Source: Balanoglossus misakiensis
Lineage: Eukaryota; Animalia; Hemichordata
Direction: 5' to 3'
Length of the DNA: 64,000 bases
Assembly: GCA_040954595.2 (NCBI GenBank)
Contig: CM082596.2
Span: 10,436,461-10,500,460, forward strand
Part shown: positions 62,076 to 64,000 of the stretch, in pieces
How positions within the stretch are numbered: position 1 is the first letter of the stretch
Layout: the number at the start of each line of letters is the position of its first letter
The notes under the pieces: model-generated
Told to the model about the DNA's origin: nothing
Seen by the model: the letters and a program-made list of their open reading frames with translations, nothing else
The model's database searches: none
Translations under genes and position numbers: made by a program

Positions 62076-62927
62076 ATGCCTCGCCGAAGAAAAGCTTCAA
62101 GCACCACCACGAAACCGGTGCCGACCTTGCGAGACTACGAAATCGACGAGGAACAGCGGAGGGTGTGCACTGGTTGCCATCGGAAATTCCAGCACACCTA
62201 CGAAGTCTATCAACATGTATGCACGGCCGACAACTTAATACGCCAGCGAGGCATGAAACTAAAGAAAACGGCGGGTGATAAAAAGTCCCCTGTATCGACG
62301 CTCCGTGAAGACAGGGACACATTGAAGCCGGCGGAGGATGCCATGAAGCAGGTGGGCGATGCCGAGGAGCGTCAACGGGCTGGCGACGGAAACAGCACTG
62401 CAGACGTGGGTATAACGTCTCCTTGCTGTTTAGAAGATGAAATCGGGATGGAGGGGGTCGATCCGTTGGCCGATCTGTATTCGACAGATTGCCCCCTGTT
62501 CACTGGCGAAAAAGTGGACGCCACAGGTGAATCGCACCTGCGGAAGGAATGGAGACTCATTCCACTAGAGGGTCAGCGCCGATACGACCCACGGTTGACA
62601 GGCCATGGCCGAATTGGTGGGCTCGTGCGGTTCCCGTCAGGGTCTCTTCTGACCCTGTCGGCCGAGGTCGTCGATCGAGTGGTAGAAACCTACTCCACTC
62701 GTTGGTTCAACGGAGACCAGCCGACGACCGAGGTGGTCACCCAGCGAGTTTACTACATGCGTGGAAACGAGTTCATCAACGGAGAGGTCGTGCCTGACCA
62801 AGGGAGAAAGAGACCATGTCCAACAAGAGCAAGAGCAGACCCGACTGAAGGCGCCCCAGGAAAACCAGCAGAAGTGAATTTGAAGACTGCCAAAAGAAAA
62901 TTAGACTTTGACGGTATAGTTTATTGA
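62076..62927 (+). CDS. ORF3: non-env accessory protein of the LTR element, 283 aa from first ATG (frame open from 61992); C2HC-type zinc finger and basic motifs
   Basis: Uninterrupted GC-rich ORF between pol and the 3' LTR: MPRRRK, CTGCHRKFQHTYEVYQHVC, GRKRPCP, AKRKLDFDG; no signal peptide or transmembrane stretch. Confidence 0.75.
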   Translation: MPRRRKASSTTTKPVPTLRDYEIDEEQRRVCTGCHRKFQHTYEVYQHVCTADNLIRQRGMKLKKTAGDKKSPVSTLREDRDTLKPAEDAMKQVGDAEERQRAGDGNSTADVGITSPCCLEDEIGMEGVDPLADLYSTDCPLFTGEKVDATGESHLRKEWRLIPLEGQRRYDPRLTGHGRIGGLVRFPSGSLLTLSAEVVDRVVETYSTRWFNGDQPTTEVVTQRVYYMRGNEFINGEVVPDQGRKRPCPTRARADPTEGAPGKPAEVNLKTAKRKLDFDGIVY

Positions 62928-63148
62928 ACTTTGAACACAGAACAGAAACGATCACGGTGTGAATGTATTTCATGTTGGACTTAGTTTTTGGATATTGCAA
63001 GAAAACGCGAACATTCGTTAGAAACGGACTTTTGGCATTTTGTGTGTGAAGTTATTGTAGTTTTGTATTTTCCTGTAACGCTACATTAAGATTTTTGATA
63101 TTCTGAAATTTTGAAATACTTTGACTTTGGATGGAACTTCAAAGTCCT

Positions 63149-63158
63149 AGTGGGGGGC
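63149..63158 (+). promoter_or_regulatory. Polypurine tract
   Basis: AGTGGGGGGC ending 2 nt before the 3' LTR. Confidence 0.7.
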
Positions 63159-63160
63159 TA

Positions 63161-63701
63161 TGTGACGGAACGGTCGGTCACCATGGTGATATAACTTTTG
63201 ATTGACAGGGCCGTCTACCTCCACGTGGTAGACGTACATCTCTTTGATATACCCAGCATTTGTAGGTCGAACACATTATATTCGAAATAGGTCTCGACAT
63301 GCGACATTACGTCATGTTCTAGACGACAAGGACCCACATTTCGTGTCAGCTATTATTATTTTAATTACTACCAGAAACGGCGCGAAATATGCAAATCAAA
63401 AGTTGGTAGTTAGCCTAGTTTTGAGGGTTTTCAGTCAGAGTGGACCAAGACTTCGTTAGAGACAGACCGTGTGGTAAGCAGCCCTTTTGATGTGCGCTTA
63501 TACGATATCTTTGTAATAAAGTTGAACTGTTTTAGTTCTAAAAGTATTTCGTTGTATCGAGGTTGATGTTCTTGTGGACTGTGGGTCGTCAAGCCCACGG
63601 ATAGTACCACTCTCTCTCATAGTGCGACGCGAACCCAATTATTCGTTAATTTGAGAGAAAAACATAGCAGTTCTCCGATCCAGTGAGGAGTGACTGTTAC
63701 A
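63161..63701 (+). repeat. 3' LTR (541 bp)
   Basis: Direct repeat of 54194-54734, followed by TSD CATA. Confidence 0.96.
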
Positions 63702-63795
63702 CATAGTACTGAAAATGTATAGATTTGCCAGGAAAAAATCCACTACCAAACATAAACCAATATATGACAAACTGTTGCAGTTTTTCTGCACTAGA

Positions 63796-64000
63796 GGTAC
63801 TAATTCTATGCCCCTGATACTCTCATAGGGTAATATGTCCATGCCCCCAAATTTGTGAGGGGTGCTATTTATCTGCCCTGAAATTTGCTACGGTACTAAT
63901 TCTCTGCCCTGGAAGTTGTGGGGTACTAATTCTCTGCTCTGAAAGTTGTGGGGGTACTAGTTCTCTGCCCTGAAAGTTGTAGGGGTACTAATTCTCTGCC
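63796..64000 (+). repeat. ~29-30-bp minisatellite continuing off the window edge
   Basis: Unit GGTACTAATTCTCTGCCCTGAAAGTTGTGG; degenerate copies from ~63796, cleaner copies from ~63892. Confidence 0.85.

Larger units (their letters stand above)
54194..63701 (+). mobile_element. Full-length Ty3/Gypsy LTR retrotransposon (9508 bp), intact and recent
   Basis: Two 541-bp TG...CA LTRs, 4-bp TSD CATA (54190-93, 63702-05), PBS, PPT, intact gag and pol with PR-RT-RH-IN order. Confidence 0.97.

Noticed and set aside
61992-62927. env gene
   Set aside because: No signal peptide, fusion peptide or transmembrane anchor; composition and motifs look nuclear.
54793-63000. Short antisense and alternate-frame ORFs overlapping gag, pol and ORF3
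   Set aside because: Expected shadows of long GC-balanced coding sequence; no recognisable motifs.

Overview
Eukaryotic (probably invertebrate animal; inference) heterochromatic DNA at the edge of a satellite array; no ordinary host gene is visible. 1-33732 and 48348-51467: one head-to-tail array of an ~88-bp AT-rich satellite with local multi-monomer duplications (all the short ORFs there are artefacts). It is interrupted at a TA by a 14.6-kb CMC/EnSpm(CACTA)-like DNA transposon (33733-48347). This element has CACAGG...CCTGTG ends, a TA target duplication and subterminal repeats. It carries an 18-exon DDE transposase gene (~960 aa, with an in-frame stop), a divergently transcribed intact 5-exon 247-aa gene of unknown function, and a nested 798-bp Harbinger-type MITE. 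Then come ~5 copies of a second ~530-bp satellite and a complete, very young Ty3/Gypsy LTR retrotransposon (54194-63701; 541-bp LTRs identical by eye, CATA TSD, gag, -1 frameshifted pol). That element has an extra third ORF that is not env-like: zinc finger, basic NLS-like ends, a C-terminal KRKLDF cyclin-docking-like motif, and candidate splice signals. A ~29-bp minisatellite closes the window. Exon models were assembled by eye from GT/AG sites and reading-frame continuity.
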